Part shown: piece after piece, positions 20,047-29,107 of the stretch
How the letters are laid out: the number at the start of each line of letters is the position of its first letter
Position numbering within the stretch: position 1 is the stretch's first letter
Origin: Acidobacteria bacterium 13_1_40CM_65_14
GTDB lineage: Bacteria; Acidobacteriota; Vicinamibacteria; Vicinamibacterales; CAVVIG01
Assembly: GCA_001917905.1 (NCBI GenBank)
Contig: MNEX01000162.1
Coordinates: 1 to 60,566 of the forward strand
Length of the DNA stretch: 60,566 bases
Reading direction: 5' to 3'
Translations under genes and position numbers: made by a program
The notes under the pieces: model-generated
What the model was told of the DNA's origin: nothing
The model's database searches: none
Seen by the model: the letters and a program-made list of their open reading frames with translations, nothing else

Positions 20047-21261
20047 CTACATCAGTCTCACAATCTCGGTCTGCAACGGTCCCGTGACCGCGGCGTCGCG
20101 CGCGGCGACGACCATGTTGATTTCTGTCCGAACGCCGAAGTCGTCGAAATACAGACCAGGCTCGATCGTGAAGCCGGTGCCCGGCAGCAGCCGGCGGTCG
20201 TCGTGCGTCTCGTAGTCGTCCATGTTGACGCCGGCGCCGTGCACCGACTCGCCGAGGCTGTGTCCTGTGCGATGCAGGATGCGATCGCCGTAGCCGGCCT
20301 CGCGCAGGACGGCGGATGCGGCGCGATCCACTTCGAACCCACGGACCTCGCGCCCCTCGCGCGCGGCGCCCTGCACGAGCTGGATGCCCGCGTCGCGCGC
20401 GCGTCGCACGGCGTCGAACGCCTTCGCATAACGCTGTGGTACCTCGCGACCGGTGTAACCGACCCACGTGATGTCAGCAAACACCGCGCCGGGAACGTCG
20501 AGCTTGCCCCAGAGGTCGAGCAGGACGATTTCGTTCGGACCGATGGCGCGGTGTGCGGGTGCGGTCGGGAGATAGTGGGGATTTCCGGAGTTTTCCGCGG
20601 CTGAGACGTTCGGGTCCGAGTCGGTCACGAGGCCTTCGTCGCGAAACCAGCCAACCATGAGCTGCTGGATGTCGTATTCGTTCGTCGGCCGACCGTCGCG
20701 AATCCGACGCGACACCTCGTCGTACGCGCGATCCTTGACACGGTACAGCTTGTCAGAGGCCGAACGATGTGTGGCGATCTCGTCGTCACGCCATACGGCC
20801 GAGAACCGCTGCACGAGATCGCCGGACGAGACGACGTCGGCGCCCGACTGACGCACGAGCTCGATCGTGCCCGCATCGACGCGCGCGATGTACGGAATCG
20901 CGCACCCGGCCGAGTACTCCATCGCCACGGTGCGCACGCCCTGCAGCAGACGCTTCAATCCGGCCTCGAGCTGATCGCGTCCCGCGTAGCGTTGGGTCGT
21001 GCCGGGCAAATGCGCCAGCGAGTTTTTCTCGATCGCGTGGACGAGGCCTCGCGGTTCGCCAGTGGCGGGAATGAGATAGTACCAGCGCCGCGTCGCGAGA
21101 TGTCCGCCCTGCCGTGCGACCGCGGTGATGTCGCCCGCAATCGGGTTGATGCCGCGGAAGTCGTAGAGCAGCCAGCCGTCGACGCCGTCGGCCTTCAGCG
21201 CCGCCTGGACGTCTGAAATATTGAGCCGGACCGTCGGATCGGCCGCGACCGGAGAGGACAT
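20047..21261 (-). CDS. M24-family Xaa-Pro aminopeptidase
   Basis: Creatinase-like N-domain plus the pita-bread fold, with ..DITWVGYTG.., HRTGHSLGESVHG and GFTIEPGLY. Confidence 0.88.
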   Translation of the reverse strand: MSSPVAADPTVRLNISDVQAALKADGVDGWLLYDFRGINPIAGDITAVARQGGHLATRRWYYLIPATGEPRGLVHAIEKNSLAHLPGTTQRYAGRDQLEAGLKRLLQGVRTVAMEYSAGCAIPYIARVDAGTIELVRQSGADVVSSGDLVQRFSAVWRDDEIATHRSASDKLYRVKDRAYDEVSRRIRDGRPTNEYDIQQLMVGWFRDEGLVTDSDPNVSAAENSGNPHYLPTAPAHRAIGPNEIVLLDLWGKLDVPGAVFADITWVGYTGREVPQRYAKAFDAVRRARDAGIQLVQGAAREGREVRGFEVDRAASAVLREAGYGDRILHRTGHSLGESVHGAGVNMDDYETHDDRRLLPGTGFTIEPGLYFDDFGVRTEINMVVAARDAAVTGPLQTEIVRLM

Positions 21262-21396
21262 CCCGACAAGTATAGCCGCCTTCGCGCGCGCTTCGGCGAG
21301 CCTCGCCGCAGCTCGCGCGTATCGCTCGCGAGCGGAGGCGGGCCGGGGACTATAATCGGGTCACACTCTGATGCCCGCGCATTCTGTGAGAGTTTT

Positions 21397-23502
21397 ATGA
21401 CAGAACGTGTACGACTTGCCGCGCTCCTCACGTTCCTCGCCGGGACGGCGCTCGTTGCCGGCCAGAATCCTCCGGCGTCCAGTCCGCCGCCGCCGCAGCC
21501 GCCGCCCGCTCCGAACCAGGGACCGACGTTCCGCGTCCGCGTCGACTACGTGGAAGTGGACATCGTGGTCACCGATCGTCAGGGCAACCTCGTCCGCGAT
21601 CTGAAGAAGGACGATTTCCAGGTCCTCGAGGACGGAAAAGCGCAGTCGATCAGCGCGTTTTCGCTCGTCGACATTCCCGTCGAGCGCGCGGATCGGCCGC
21701 TGTTCCAGCCGGATCCAATCGAACCGGATGTGAAGACGAACGAGCATCCGTTCGACGGCCGCATCTATGTGATGGTCATCGACGATTACCACACGAACTT
21801 CGGCCGGACGGCGCGCGTGAAAGGCGCCGCCAAGCAGTTCATCGAGCGGCGCCTGGGCGCCAATGATCTGATGGCCATCGTGCACACGGCCGGCGCGACG
21901 GCGGCGAACCAGGAATTCACGAGCAACAAGAAGCTGCTGCTCGGGGCGGTCGACAAGACGCAGGGCCGCAAGCTGAAGTCGTCGACCGCGAATCGGACCG
22001 AGGAGTACTACCGCACGCGCGATCTCCGCCAGTCAGGCGATCCGCTGAACGATCCCGAGGACGCGGAGCGCGCGTTCAATGCGCGGTCGACGCTCGACAC
22101 GCTCCGCAACGTGGCTGAATGGTTCTCGTCGGTCCGTGGGCGGCGCAAGACGATCCTCTTGGTCAGCGAAGGGATCGACTACGACATCCACGACATCATC
22201 GCGCAGACCGGGTCGAACCATATGGGCGCGTCGATGGTGCTCGACGCGACGCGCGACGCCATCGCCGCGGCCACGCGTGCCAACGTCTCGATCTACGGCA
22301 TCGATCCGCGCGGCCTGACGGATCTCGGCGACGAGTCGATTGAGATCGGGTCGTTCCCCGACGACACATCGCTCGGCATCGGCACCGGATCGCTCTACAA
22401 CGAGCTGCGGATGGCGCAGGACTCGCTGCGCGTGCTGTCGGAGGAAACCGGCGGCTTCGCCGTCGTGAACAAGAACGACTTCAGCACCGCCTACGATCGG
22501 ATCGTCAAGGACAACAGCTCGTACTACGTGCTCGCGTACTATCCACCCGACGCACGGCCGGGACGCGTTCACAAGATCGATGTGCGCGTCACGCGTCCGG
22601 GACTCACCGTGCGCGCCCGCAAGGCGCACGTCACGCCGAAGGACGTGAAGGCGGCGCCGGTCAACGCCAAGGACGTCCGGACGCCGGAGATCCGCGACGC
22701 GCTCGACAGCCCGCTGCCGTTGAGCGGTCTGACGATGCACGTGTTCGCGGCGCCGTTCAAGGGCGCGGCGCCCAACGCGTCGGTCCTGTTCGGCGTCGAG
22801 ATGCGCGGCAAGGATCTGCGGCTGGCCAATGCCGACCGTTTGCAGCTGTCGTACTACGCCATCGACGCGCAGGGGAAGGTGCGCGGCGGCAACACTGACG
22901 CGATCACGATGAACCTGCGGCCGGACACCAAGGCGCGTATCGCGGAACAGGGCGTGCGGATGCTGAATCGAATCGACCTGCCGCCGGGCCGGTATCAGCT
23001 CCGGTTCGCCGCGCACGATTCGGGAGGTGGCGCCGTCGGCTCGGTGCTCTACGACCTCGAGGTGCCCGACTTCGTGAAGTCGCCGATCAGCATGAGCGGC
23101 ATCGCGCTCACCTCGCAGGCCGCCGCGGTCCGGCCGACCGTGCGTCCCGACGAGCAGCTGCGCGCCGTACTGCCGGCGCCGCCGGTCGCGCTGCGGACGT
23201 TCCCGCAGGACGACGAGGTCGCGCTGTTTGCCGAAATCTACGACAACTCCGCGTCGACGCCGCACAAAGTCGACATCACGTCGACGGTGACGACCGACGA
23301 GGGCAAGGTGCTGTTCAAGACCGAAGAAGAACGTGATTCGAGTGACCTTGGGGGCAAGACCGGCGGCTACGGCTATACGGCAAAAATTCCGATGAAGGAT
23401 CTCGCGCCGGGCCCGTACGTGCTGACCGTGTCCGCGCGGTCGCGCGTCAGCCCGAATCCGACGGTTCAACGACAGGTCCGGATTAACGTCACTGGACGCT
23501 GA
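21397..23502 (+). CDS. VWFA-related acidobacterial-type secreted protein (TIGR03436-like)
   Basis: Signal peptide, Pro-rich linker, then FRVRVDYVEVDIVVTDRQGNLVRDLKKDDFQVLEDGKAQSISAF, the characteristic N-terminal module. A VWA-like core follows. Confidence 0.85.
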   Translation: MTERVRLAALLTFLAGTALVAGQNPPASSPPPPQPPPAPNQGPTFRVRVDYVEVDIVVTDRQGNLVRDLKKDDFQVLEDGKAQSISAFSLVDIPVERADRPLFQPDPIEPDVKTNEHPFDGRIYVMVIDDYHTNFGRTARVKGAAKQFIERRLGANDLMAIVHTAGATAANQEFTSNKKLLLGAVDKTQGRKLKSSTANRTEEYYRTRDLRQSGDPLNDPEDAERAFNARSTLDTLRNVAEWFSSVRGRRKTILLVSEGIDYDIHDIIAQTGSNHMGASMVLDATRDAIAAATRANVSIYGIDPRGLTDLGDESIEIGSFPDDTSLGIGTGSLYNELRMAQDSLRVLSEETGGFAVVNKNDFSTAYDRIVKDNSSYYVLAYYPPDARPGRVHKIDVRVTRPGLTVRARKAHVTPKDVKAAPVNAKDVRTPEIRDALDSPLPLSGLTMHVFAAPFKGAAPNASVLFGVEMRGKDLRLANADRLQLSYYAIDAQGKVRGGNTDAITMNLRPDTKARIAEQGVRMLNRIDLPPGRYQLRFAAHDSGGGAVGSVLYDLEVPDFVKSPISMSGIALTSQAAAVRPTVRPDEQLRAVLPAPPVALRTFPQDDEVALFAEIYDNSASTPHKVDITSTVTTDEGKVLFKTEEERDSSDLGGKTGGYGYTAKIPMKDLAPGPYVLTVSARSRVSPNPTVQRQVRINVTGR

Positions 23503-23690
23503 GCGCCTGCGGCCTCGCCGAGCCGCGGCCGTGTGAAGCCGCGGCGAGGTGTCAGCGATAGATCACGGCGAGAGTTGGCGACAGCAGCGCCGGGGGTGGC
23601 CCCCGGCGCCAGTGAAAAAGCGCCTGCGGCCACACGTCGCCGAGGACCTGAAAATCCGAGGCGACGTGTCAGCGAAAGGTCGCGGCGGGG
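23503..23690. repeat. two copies of a roughly 70-nt structured unit about 117 nt apart, flanking a perfect GC hairpin
   Basis: Units begin gcgcctgcggcc at 23503 and 23620 and both end ..gtgtcagcga(t/a)ag. Each contains its own stem (cctcgccg..cggcgagg; cgtcgcc..ggcgacg). The central hairpin is gcgccggggg-tgg-cccccggcgc at 23587-23609. Confidence 0.75.
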
Positions 23691-23715
23691 GGCGACAACG
23701 ACAACGACGGCCACG

Positions 23716-24069
23716 ATGAAGACAGTTGATAAAGGTCCGATGAGCGGCATCGACGCGCCGCGTCAGGTGACTGTGCGCACGCCCGCCGAGTTCGCGACGC
23801 TCTGGAAGTCGCACGCGGCCGACCGCAAGATGCCGGACGTCGACTTCACGAAGAACATGGTCGTGGGGATTTTCCTCGGCAGCCGGCCGACCGCCGGCTT
23901 CGGCGTGGAGATCGTCAGCGCGCAGCCCGAATCCGGCACGCTCCTGGTGAAGTACAAGGAGACGCGTCCGAGCCGCGACACGATCGCTGCGCAGGTCCTC
24001 ACCTCACCGTTCCACCTCGTCGCGGTGCCGAAGTTCGACGGCACGGTACGGTTCGAGAAAGTCCCGTAG
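23716..24069 (+). CDS. PrcB-like (protease complex subunit PrcB C-terminal domain) protein
   Basis: ..RTPAEFATLWKSHA..MVVGIFLGSRPTAGFGVEIVS..LLVKYKETRP.. matches the family pattern. The track ORF start (23533) lies in the repeat region, so Met 23716 is preferred. Confidence 0.65.
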   Translation: MKTVDKGPMSGIDAPRQVTVRTPAEFATLWKSHAADRKMPDVDFTKNMVVGIFLGSRPTAGFGVEIVSAQPESGTLLVKYKETRPSRDTIAAQVLTSPFHLVAVPKFDGTVRFEKVP

Positions 24070-24175
24070 CTCGAGTTCTGAGTTCTCAACCGACGTCGAA
24101 CAACGTGCAGCTGTGCGGGATGATTCAGCGACGAGATCGCGCGGTGTTCGTCTCGGGCCGTATGAGACTGTCTAT

Positions 24176-24213
24176 AAAGAAAAAGGCCGGCGGAGCGTTG
24201 GCTCCAGCCGGCC
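24176..24213 (-). terminator. rho-independent terminator downstream of the 24238-24774 gene
   Basis: The minus strand reads GGCCGGC-tggagccaacgctcc-GCCGGCC followed by TTTTTCTTT. Confidence 0.75.
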
Positions 24214-24237
24214 GTCCGAATTCCTAATTCCGAATTC

Positions 24238-24774
24238 TTACTTCTTCTTGGCCGCAGCCTTGCCCTTGCCCTTTGCCGGCGCCTTGGTCGCCGATGCATT
24301 TTTCGCCGCCGGCTCTTTCGGCGCGTCGAGCGACTTCACCGCGTGCGGCTTCGGGACGCCGCCGTTGGCGTGCGTGAACTGCAGCATGCTCTGCGCCATC
24401 TTCGGATTGACCGGCGTCCGGATCTCCATGTTCGCGACTTCACCCGGCTGCAGAAGCCCGTTGATGACGGCATCGCCGCCCGGAATCATGCCGCCGTCCT
24501 TGTCGTACCAGCTCTCCACGATCCGCAGGCGTCCAATCGGCGCGTTCGACGTGTTCTTCACCGTGATCTTGGTGACGAGCGTCGTGCCCTCGCGGCGCGT
24601 CGGCGTCTTCACGTAGTCGATCTGCGCGTCGCCCTTGATCGCAGGCGTGAACTTCTTGCCCGCCAGCACCGATTTCATCTCGGGCGCTTGCGGAGTCTGG
24701 GCGAAGACGGAGACGCCGACCAGGCTCGAGCCGGCGAGCGTCGCGGCGAGAACAACACGCGCGCGATGATTCAT
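24238..24774 (-). CDS. secreted hypothetical protein with a Lys/Ala-rich tail
   Basis: Signal peptide MNHRARVVLAATLAGSSLVGVSVFAQ, a roughly 120-aa globular part, and the C-terminus ..KEPAAKNASATKAPAKGKGKAAAKKK. GGAGG lies upstream of the ATG. No family recognised. Confidence 0.7.
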   Translation of the reverse strand: MNHRARVVLAATLAGSSLVGVSVFAQTPQAPEMKSVLAGKKFTPAIKGDAQIDYVKTPTRREGTTLVTKITVKNTSNAPIGRLRIVESWYDKDGGMIPGGDAVINGLLQPGEVANMEIRTPVNPKMAQSMLQFTHANGGVPKPHAVKSLDAPKEPAAKNASATKAPAKGKGKAAAKKK

Positions 24775-24878
24775 AACAACCTCCCTGGGAATGGACGAGC
24801 TGAAGCTCTTGGATAACGGCGGCGGAATTATATATCAGCTCTCGGGTCAACAACTTCCAGCCCGCAGCTTTGCGCGCA

Positions 24879-25337
24879 CTACATCTCGCCGTTCCAGTCC
24901 TCGGGCTCGGGATTCACCGACCGGAAGATCTCCATGTGCCATTTGCCGCCGCCCCACGGCTCGATCACTTCGGCCGCGACGACGTCGACGAGGATTTCGG
25001 AGAACAGACGCCCCTCGGGATCGCCCTCGAGGTGATACGCCGGCTCGTCCCAACCGAAGCTGGGGTAGAGCATCAACGTCAGAAACAGGTCGTACCCATC
25101 GTCGACGACGATGAGTTGTCCGCACGGACGCTTGAGGGTCGAGTGATAGATCAGGTATTTCTCCGCGCTGTGGGCGCGGATGTAGCGTTTCAAGGCGAAC
25201 TCGCGCGCGACGATCTCCTCGACGGCGATCTTCTTGTCCCAGCAGTCGCGGCAGTACTTCTCCTCACCGCGCGGCTCCGACACTTCCTTGGCGCCGCACA
25301 GCGCGCACCGCGACTTGACGACCGACTTGCGTGGCAT
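24879..25337 (-). CDS. hypothetical protein with an N-terminal CxxC..CxxC zinc-ribbon-like motif
   Basis: MPRKSVVKSRCALCGAKEVSEPRGEEKYCRDCWDKK.. with an acidic C-terminus ..NPEPEDWNGEM. No family recognised. The alternative GTG start is at 25355. Confidence 0.6.
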   Translation of the reverse strand: MPRKSVVKSRCALCGAKEVSEPRGEEKYCRDCWDKKIAVEEIVAREFALKRYIRAHSAEKYLIYHSTLKRPCGQLIVVDDGYDLFLTLMLYPSFGWDEPAYHLEGDPEGRLFSEILVDVVAAEVIEPWGGGKWHMEIFRSVNPEPEDWNGEM

Positions 25338-25356
25338 ATGATGAAAGTCTAGCACT

Positions 25357-25776
25357 ATGGACCGACCCAGGCACGCGGGCCTCCGCCATCTCGCGCTGAA
25401 CGTGCAACGCCTCGACGAGATGAAAACGTTCTACGTCGACCTGCTCGGATTCGCGATCGAGTGGGAACCCGACGCCGACAACATTTATCTCTCGTCGGGG
25501 ATCGACAATCTGGCGCTGCACCGTTCGACGGCGCTTACGGCAGGTCGATCGGCTGAAGCCTCGTCCTCCAACGTTGGCGCGCTCGATCATCTCGGGTTGA
25601 TCGTGCGGTCCGCCGACGATGTGGATCATTGGGCGGAGTATCTCGAAGGCCACGGCGTGATCATCGACGCGAGGCCGAAAACACATCGCGACGGCGCGCG
25701 CTCGTGCTATTTCCGCGATCCGGACGGCAACCACGTCCAGATCATTCATCATCCGCCGGTATCGACGAAAGTTTGA
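25357..25776 (+). CDS. VOC/glyoxalase-family protein
   Basis: GLRHLALNVQRLDEMKTFYVDLLGF.., ..LDHLGLIV.., ..RSCYFRDPDGNHVQI. Confidence 0.85.
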   Translation: MDRPRHAGLRHLALNVQRLDEMKTFYVDLLGFAIEWEPDADNIYLSSGIDNLALHRSTALTAGRSAEASSSNVGALDHLGLIVRSADDVDHWAEYLEGHGVIIDARPKTHRDGARSCYFRDPDGNHVQIIHHPPVSTKV

Positions 25777-25845
25777 AGTACAAAGTACGAAGTCTGAAGT
25801 GAAATCCGCTCAGGCTCCGTACTTCAGACTTCCGACTTCAGACTT
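25774..25845. repeat. hairpin with (GTCTGAA)-type repeat arms between convergent VOC and glgP genes
   Basis: tgaagtacaaagtacgaagtctgaagtgaaatc ... gtacttcagacttccgacttcagactt. The VOC stop (25774-25776) lies in the left arm. The glgP stop (25824-25826) and its last codons (SLKSEV) lie in the right arm. Confidence 0.88.
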
Positions 25846-27980
25846 GTTCGCCTCTCCAGAGCGGGCGCGTACATGCGTTCCGTGTATTCCTTGACCATGC
25901 GCCGCGCTGAAAAGCGCGGCGCGACCGTTCTGATCGCTTCCTTGACGGTGGCGAGCCAGCGGTGCGGGACGTCGGACTTGTCGCGATCGTAGAACGCCGG
26001 CACCACTTCTTCTTCGAGCAGTCGATACAGCGCGTCGGCGTCGGCCGCATCGACCGCCTCGGTGTTGTCGCCGCTGACGCCGCCTTCGATCACCCAGCCG
26101 TTGCTGCCGGTGAAGCCCTCGGCCCACCAGCCGTCGCCGATGCTCAAGTGCGGCACGCCGTTGATCGCCGCCTTCATCCCGCTGGTGCCGCTCGCCTCGA
26201 GCGGCTTGCGCGGATTGTTGAGCCACACGTCGCAGCCCTGCACGAGGAAGTGCGCGACGTGGAGATCGTAGTCGTCGACGAACGCCACGCGTCCGCCGAA
26301 CATCGGATCGAGCGCGCGCTTGTAGACGCGCTGCAGATGGTGTTTACCGATGTCGTCGGCCGGATGCGATTTGCCGGCGAAGATGATCTGCACGGGACGG
26401 CCGGCCGCGTTCAGGATCCGCGCGAGCCGCTCGGGATCGTGGAACACGAGCTCCGGCCGCTTGTAGCCCGCGAAGCGGCGCGCGAAGCCGAGGGTCAGCG
26501 TGTCCGGCTCGAGCAGCGTCCCGGCGGCGACGACGCGCGGAATGCCGACGTGCTCTTCCATCCAGCGCTGGCGCGCGCGCTCGCGCACGAAGGTGAACAG
26601 ATACCGGCGCAGCGACTGCCGTACCTTCCACAGCTCCTCGTCGGGAATCGCCGGCACGGCGTCCCACAACGCGGCCTCGTCGTGATGCTCGATCCAGTCC
26701 TCGCCGAGGTACTTGCAGAACAGCTGCGAGAGCTCGCCCGCAATCCACGTCGGCACATGGACGCCGTTGGTCACCGACGTCACCGGACGTTCCGGTGCCG
26801 GCACGTCGGGCCACATCGGCGCGAACATGTTGCGCGTCACCTCGCCGTGGAGCCGGCTGACCGCGTTGGTCGCCCCGGCCGAGCGGAGGGCCAGCGCGGT
26901 CATGTTGAACTGCGGTCCGCCGCCGTTGTCGTACGCCCCGAGCGCGAGAAAGCGATCGCGGTGCGCGCCGATCGTGCCCCAGCAGCCGGCGAGATGTTTT
27001 TCCACGAGATGGAACGGAAACTGATCGTGCCCGGCCGGCACCGGCGTGTGCGTCGTGAAGATCGTCGTGCTGCGCACCTCTTCGAGCGCCTGGTCGAACG
27101 TCGAGCCGTGCTCGACGAGATCGCGGATCCGCTGCAGGATCACGAACGCGGCGTGGCCTTCGTTGAGATGGAAGACGCCGGGATCCGATCCCAGCGACTT
27201 CAGCGCGCGGACGCCGCCGATGCCGAGGATGATCTCCTGCTGGATGCGCGTCTCGCGATCGCCGCCGTACAGCCGCGCCGACAGCTCGCGATCCCACGGC
27301 GCGTTCTCTTCGAGATCCGTGTCGAGCATGTACAGCTTCACCCGCCCCACGCGCACGCGCCAGATCGCGACCAGCACCGAGCGATCGCCGAGCGGTACGG
27401 CGGTGATGCACGGCTTGCCGTCGGACCCGAGCGCCGGCTCGATCGGCGCGTCGGCCCAGTTCAGCGCTTCGTAGCTTTCTTCCTGCCACCCTTCTGCCGA
27501 TACGTGCTGATGGAAGTAGCCCTGCGGATACATGAACCCGATGCCGACGAGCGGCACGCCGAGATCGCTCGCCTCCTTGCAGTGATCGCCGGCAAGGACG
27601 CCGAGGCCGCCGGCGTAAATCGGCAGCGACTGATGGAGCGCGAACTCCGCCGAGAAGTACGCAATCGACTGTCCGCCGAGCTGAGGAAAGCTGCGCGACC
27701 ACCACGTGTTCCGCGCGCCGCGCGCATCGTCCAGCGCGGCGACCGCGCGGTCGTACACGCGGAGGAACTCAGGATCCTCAGCGGCCGCTTGCAGCTTCTC
27801 GGGCGCGATCGTCCACAGCATGCGCACCGGATTGTGCGCGGTCGCGCGCCACAGTGTGTAGTCGAGGCGCCGGAACACTTCGCGCGCCTCCGGGTGCCAG
27901 CTCCACCAGAGGTCGACGGCCAGTTCTTCCAGTCGGTTGATGCGTTCCGGGAGCGGCGGACGGCCGATGTATCGAGTCAT
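25824..27980 (-). CDS. glgP: alpha-glucan (glycogen) phosphorylase, GT35 'alpha-glucan family' type
   Basis: 718 aa with WWSWHPEA.., YFSAEFALHQSLPIYAGGLGVLAGDH and the PLP-lysine region EASGTSGMKAAINGV. Confidence 0.92.
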   Translation of the reverse strand: MTRYIGRPPLPERINRLEELAVDLWWSWHPEAREVFRRLDYTLWRATAHNPVRMLWTIAPEKLQAAAEDPEFLRVYDRAVAALDDARGARNTWWSRSFPQLGGQSIAYFSAEFALHQSLPIYAGGLGVLAGDHCKEASDLGVPLVGIGFMYPQGYFHQHVSAEGWQEESYEALNWADAPIEPALGSDGKPCITAVPLGDRSVLVAIWRVRVGRVKLYMLDTDLEENAPWDRELSARLYGGDRETRIQQEIILGIGGVRALKSLGSDPGVFHLNEGHAAFVILQRIRDLVEHGSTFDQALEEVRSTTIFTTHTPVPAGHDQFPFHLVEKHLAGCWGTIGAHRDRFLALGAYDNGGGPQFNMTALALRSAGATNAVSRLHGEVTRNMFAPMWPDVPAPERPVTSVTNGVHVPTWIAGELSQLFCKYLGEDWIEHHDEAALWDAVPAIPDEELWKVRQSLRRYLFTFVRERARQRWMEEHVGIPRVVAAGTLLEPDTLTLGFARRFAGYKRPELVFHDPERLARILNAAGRPVQIIFAGKSHPADDIGKHHLQRVYKRALDPMFGGRVAFVDDYDLHVAHFLVQGCDVWLNNPRKPLEASGTSGMKAAINGVPHLSIGDGWWAEGFTGSNGWVIEGGVSGDNTEAVDAADADALYRLLEEEVVPAFYDRDKSDVPHRWLATVKEAIRTVAPRFSARRMVKEYTERMYAPALERRTSLKSEV

Positions 27981-29005
27981 CGTTCAGAGCAGGCGCCGAC
28001 GAGCGCAGCGAATGTGGAGAGATCGATGTTGCCGCCGGACACGACGGCGACCACTTTGCCGGCGCCCGCGCGTCCGCTGAGTGCAGCGGCGATCGCGCAG
28101 CCGGCGGCGCCTTCCGCGATGATGCGTGCGCGCTCGGCGGCGAGCTTCATCGCGCGCGCGACCTCGTCGAGCGTGACGACGATCGATCCAGACAACTGCG
28201 AGAGCAGCGGCCACATGCTGGCCAGGACCGATTTCCCGCCGGCGCCGTCGACAAACGACGCCTTCCAATTGTCGAAGTACATGGGGCGTCCCGCAGCGAG
28301 GGAGACCGAGAGCGGCGCCGCCGTTTCCGGTTCGGCGGCGTAGACGCGCGTGTCCGGCTTCAGCTCGCGCACCGCCGCCGCGATCCCCGAGAGCAATCCG
28401 CCGCCGCCGAGCGGTGCGACGATGGCGTCGACGCCGGGGAGATCTTCGAGAATCTCCAGTCCGGCCGTCCCGTTGCCCGCGATGAAGCGATCGTCATCGA
28501 AGGGATGCACGAAGTGTCCGCGCATGCGATCCGACGCATGCGACTCGACGGTCTTCCACGCGTCGTCGTAGGTCGTCCGGACGATCGTCGCGCCGAGCCG
28601 CTCGATCGCGTCCACCTTGGTTTGCGGCGCGGTGTCCATCACCATCACCGAGCAGGCCGCGCCGACCTTGCGCGCAGCGTAGGCGACGCCTTGCGCCGCG
28701 TTGCCCGCGCTGACCGTCCATACGCCGTCCTTCAGCTCGTCGCGCGTGAGCTGGCGCACGACGTTGTAGGCGCCGCGGATCTTGAACGAGCCGATCGGCT
28801 GCAGCACCTCGAGCTTCAGGTACACCTCGGGACCGGCGGGGAGCTCGATTCGAATCAGCGGCGTTCGGACGGCGGCGCCGTACACAGCCGTGGCGGCGTC
28901 TCGGATGGCGGCGAGCGGGATGTGGCGGCCGGAGATCGTCGTCGGCAAGACGGTCGATGGTAGTCGCCTCAGCTCAGGCGGGTCAATGCTCCGCGCCCGC
29001 CTCAT
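27977..29005 (-). CDS. PLP-dependent serine/threonine dehydratase family enzyme
   Basis: LQPIGSFKIRGAYN (PLP Lys) and GGGGLLSG. Its start overlaps the glgP stop region (ATGA-type junction). Confidence 0.85.
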   Translation of the reverse strand: MRRARSIDPPELRRLPSTVLPTTISGRHIPLAAIRDAATAVYGAAVRTPLIRIELPAGPEVYLKLEVLQPIGSFKIRGAYNVVRQLTRDELKDGVWTVSAGNAAQGVAYAARKVGAACSVMVMDTAPQTKVDAIERLGATIVRTTYDDAWKTVESHASDRMRGHFVHPFDDDRFIAGNGTAGLEILEDLPGVDAIVAPLGGGGLLSGIAAAVRELKPDTRVYAAEPETAAPLSVSLAAGRPMYFDNWKASFVDGAGGKSVLASMWPLLSQLSGSIVVTLDEVARAMKLAAERARIIAEGAAGCAIAAALSGRAGAGKVVAVVSGGNIDLSTFAALVGACSER

Positions 29006-29012
29006 CCGTAAT

Positions 29013-29107
29013 GGTCATTGGTCATTGGTCATTGGTCATTGGTCGTTGGTCGTTGGTCGTTGGTCATTGGTCATTGGTCATTGGTCATTGGTCATTAGTC
29101 GTTGGTC
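29013..29107. repeat. 7-nt microsatellite (GGTCATT/GGTCGTT), 13 units plus a partial unit
   Basis: Counted unit by unit from 29013. It contains the stop and last 7 codons of the 29085-29531 gene and ends 8 nt before the start codon of the dehydratase gene (29005). Confidence 0.97.

Noticed and set aside
25962-28343. 793-aa plus-strand ORF
   Set aside because: It is antisense to glgP and the PLP dehydratase, which both carry clear catalytic motifs on the minus strand.
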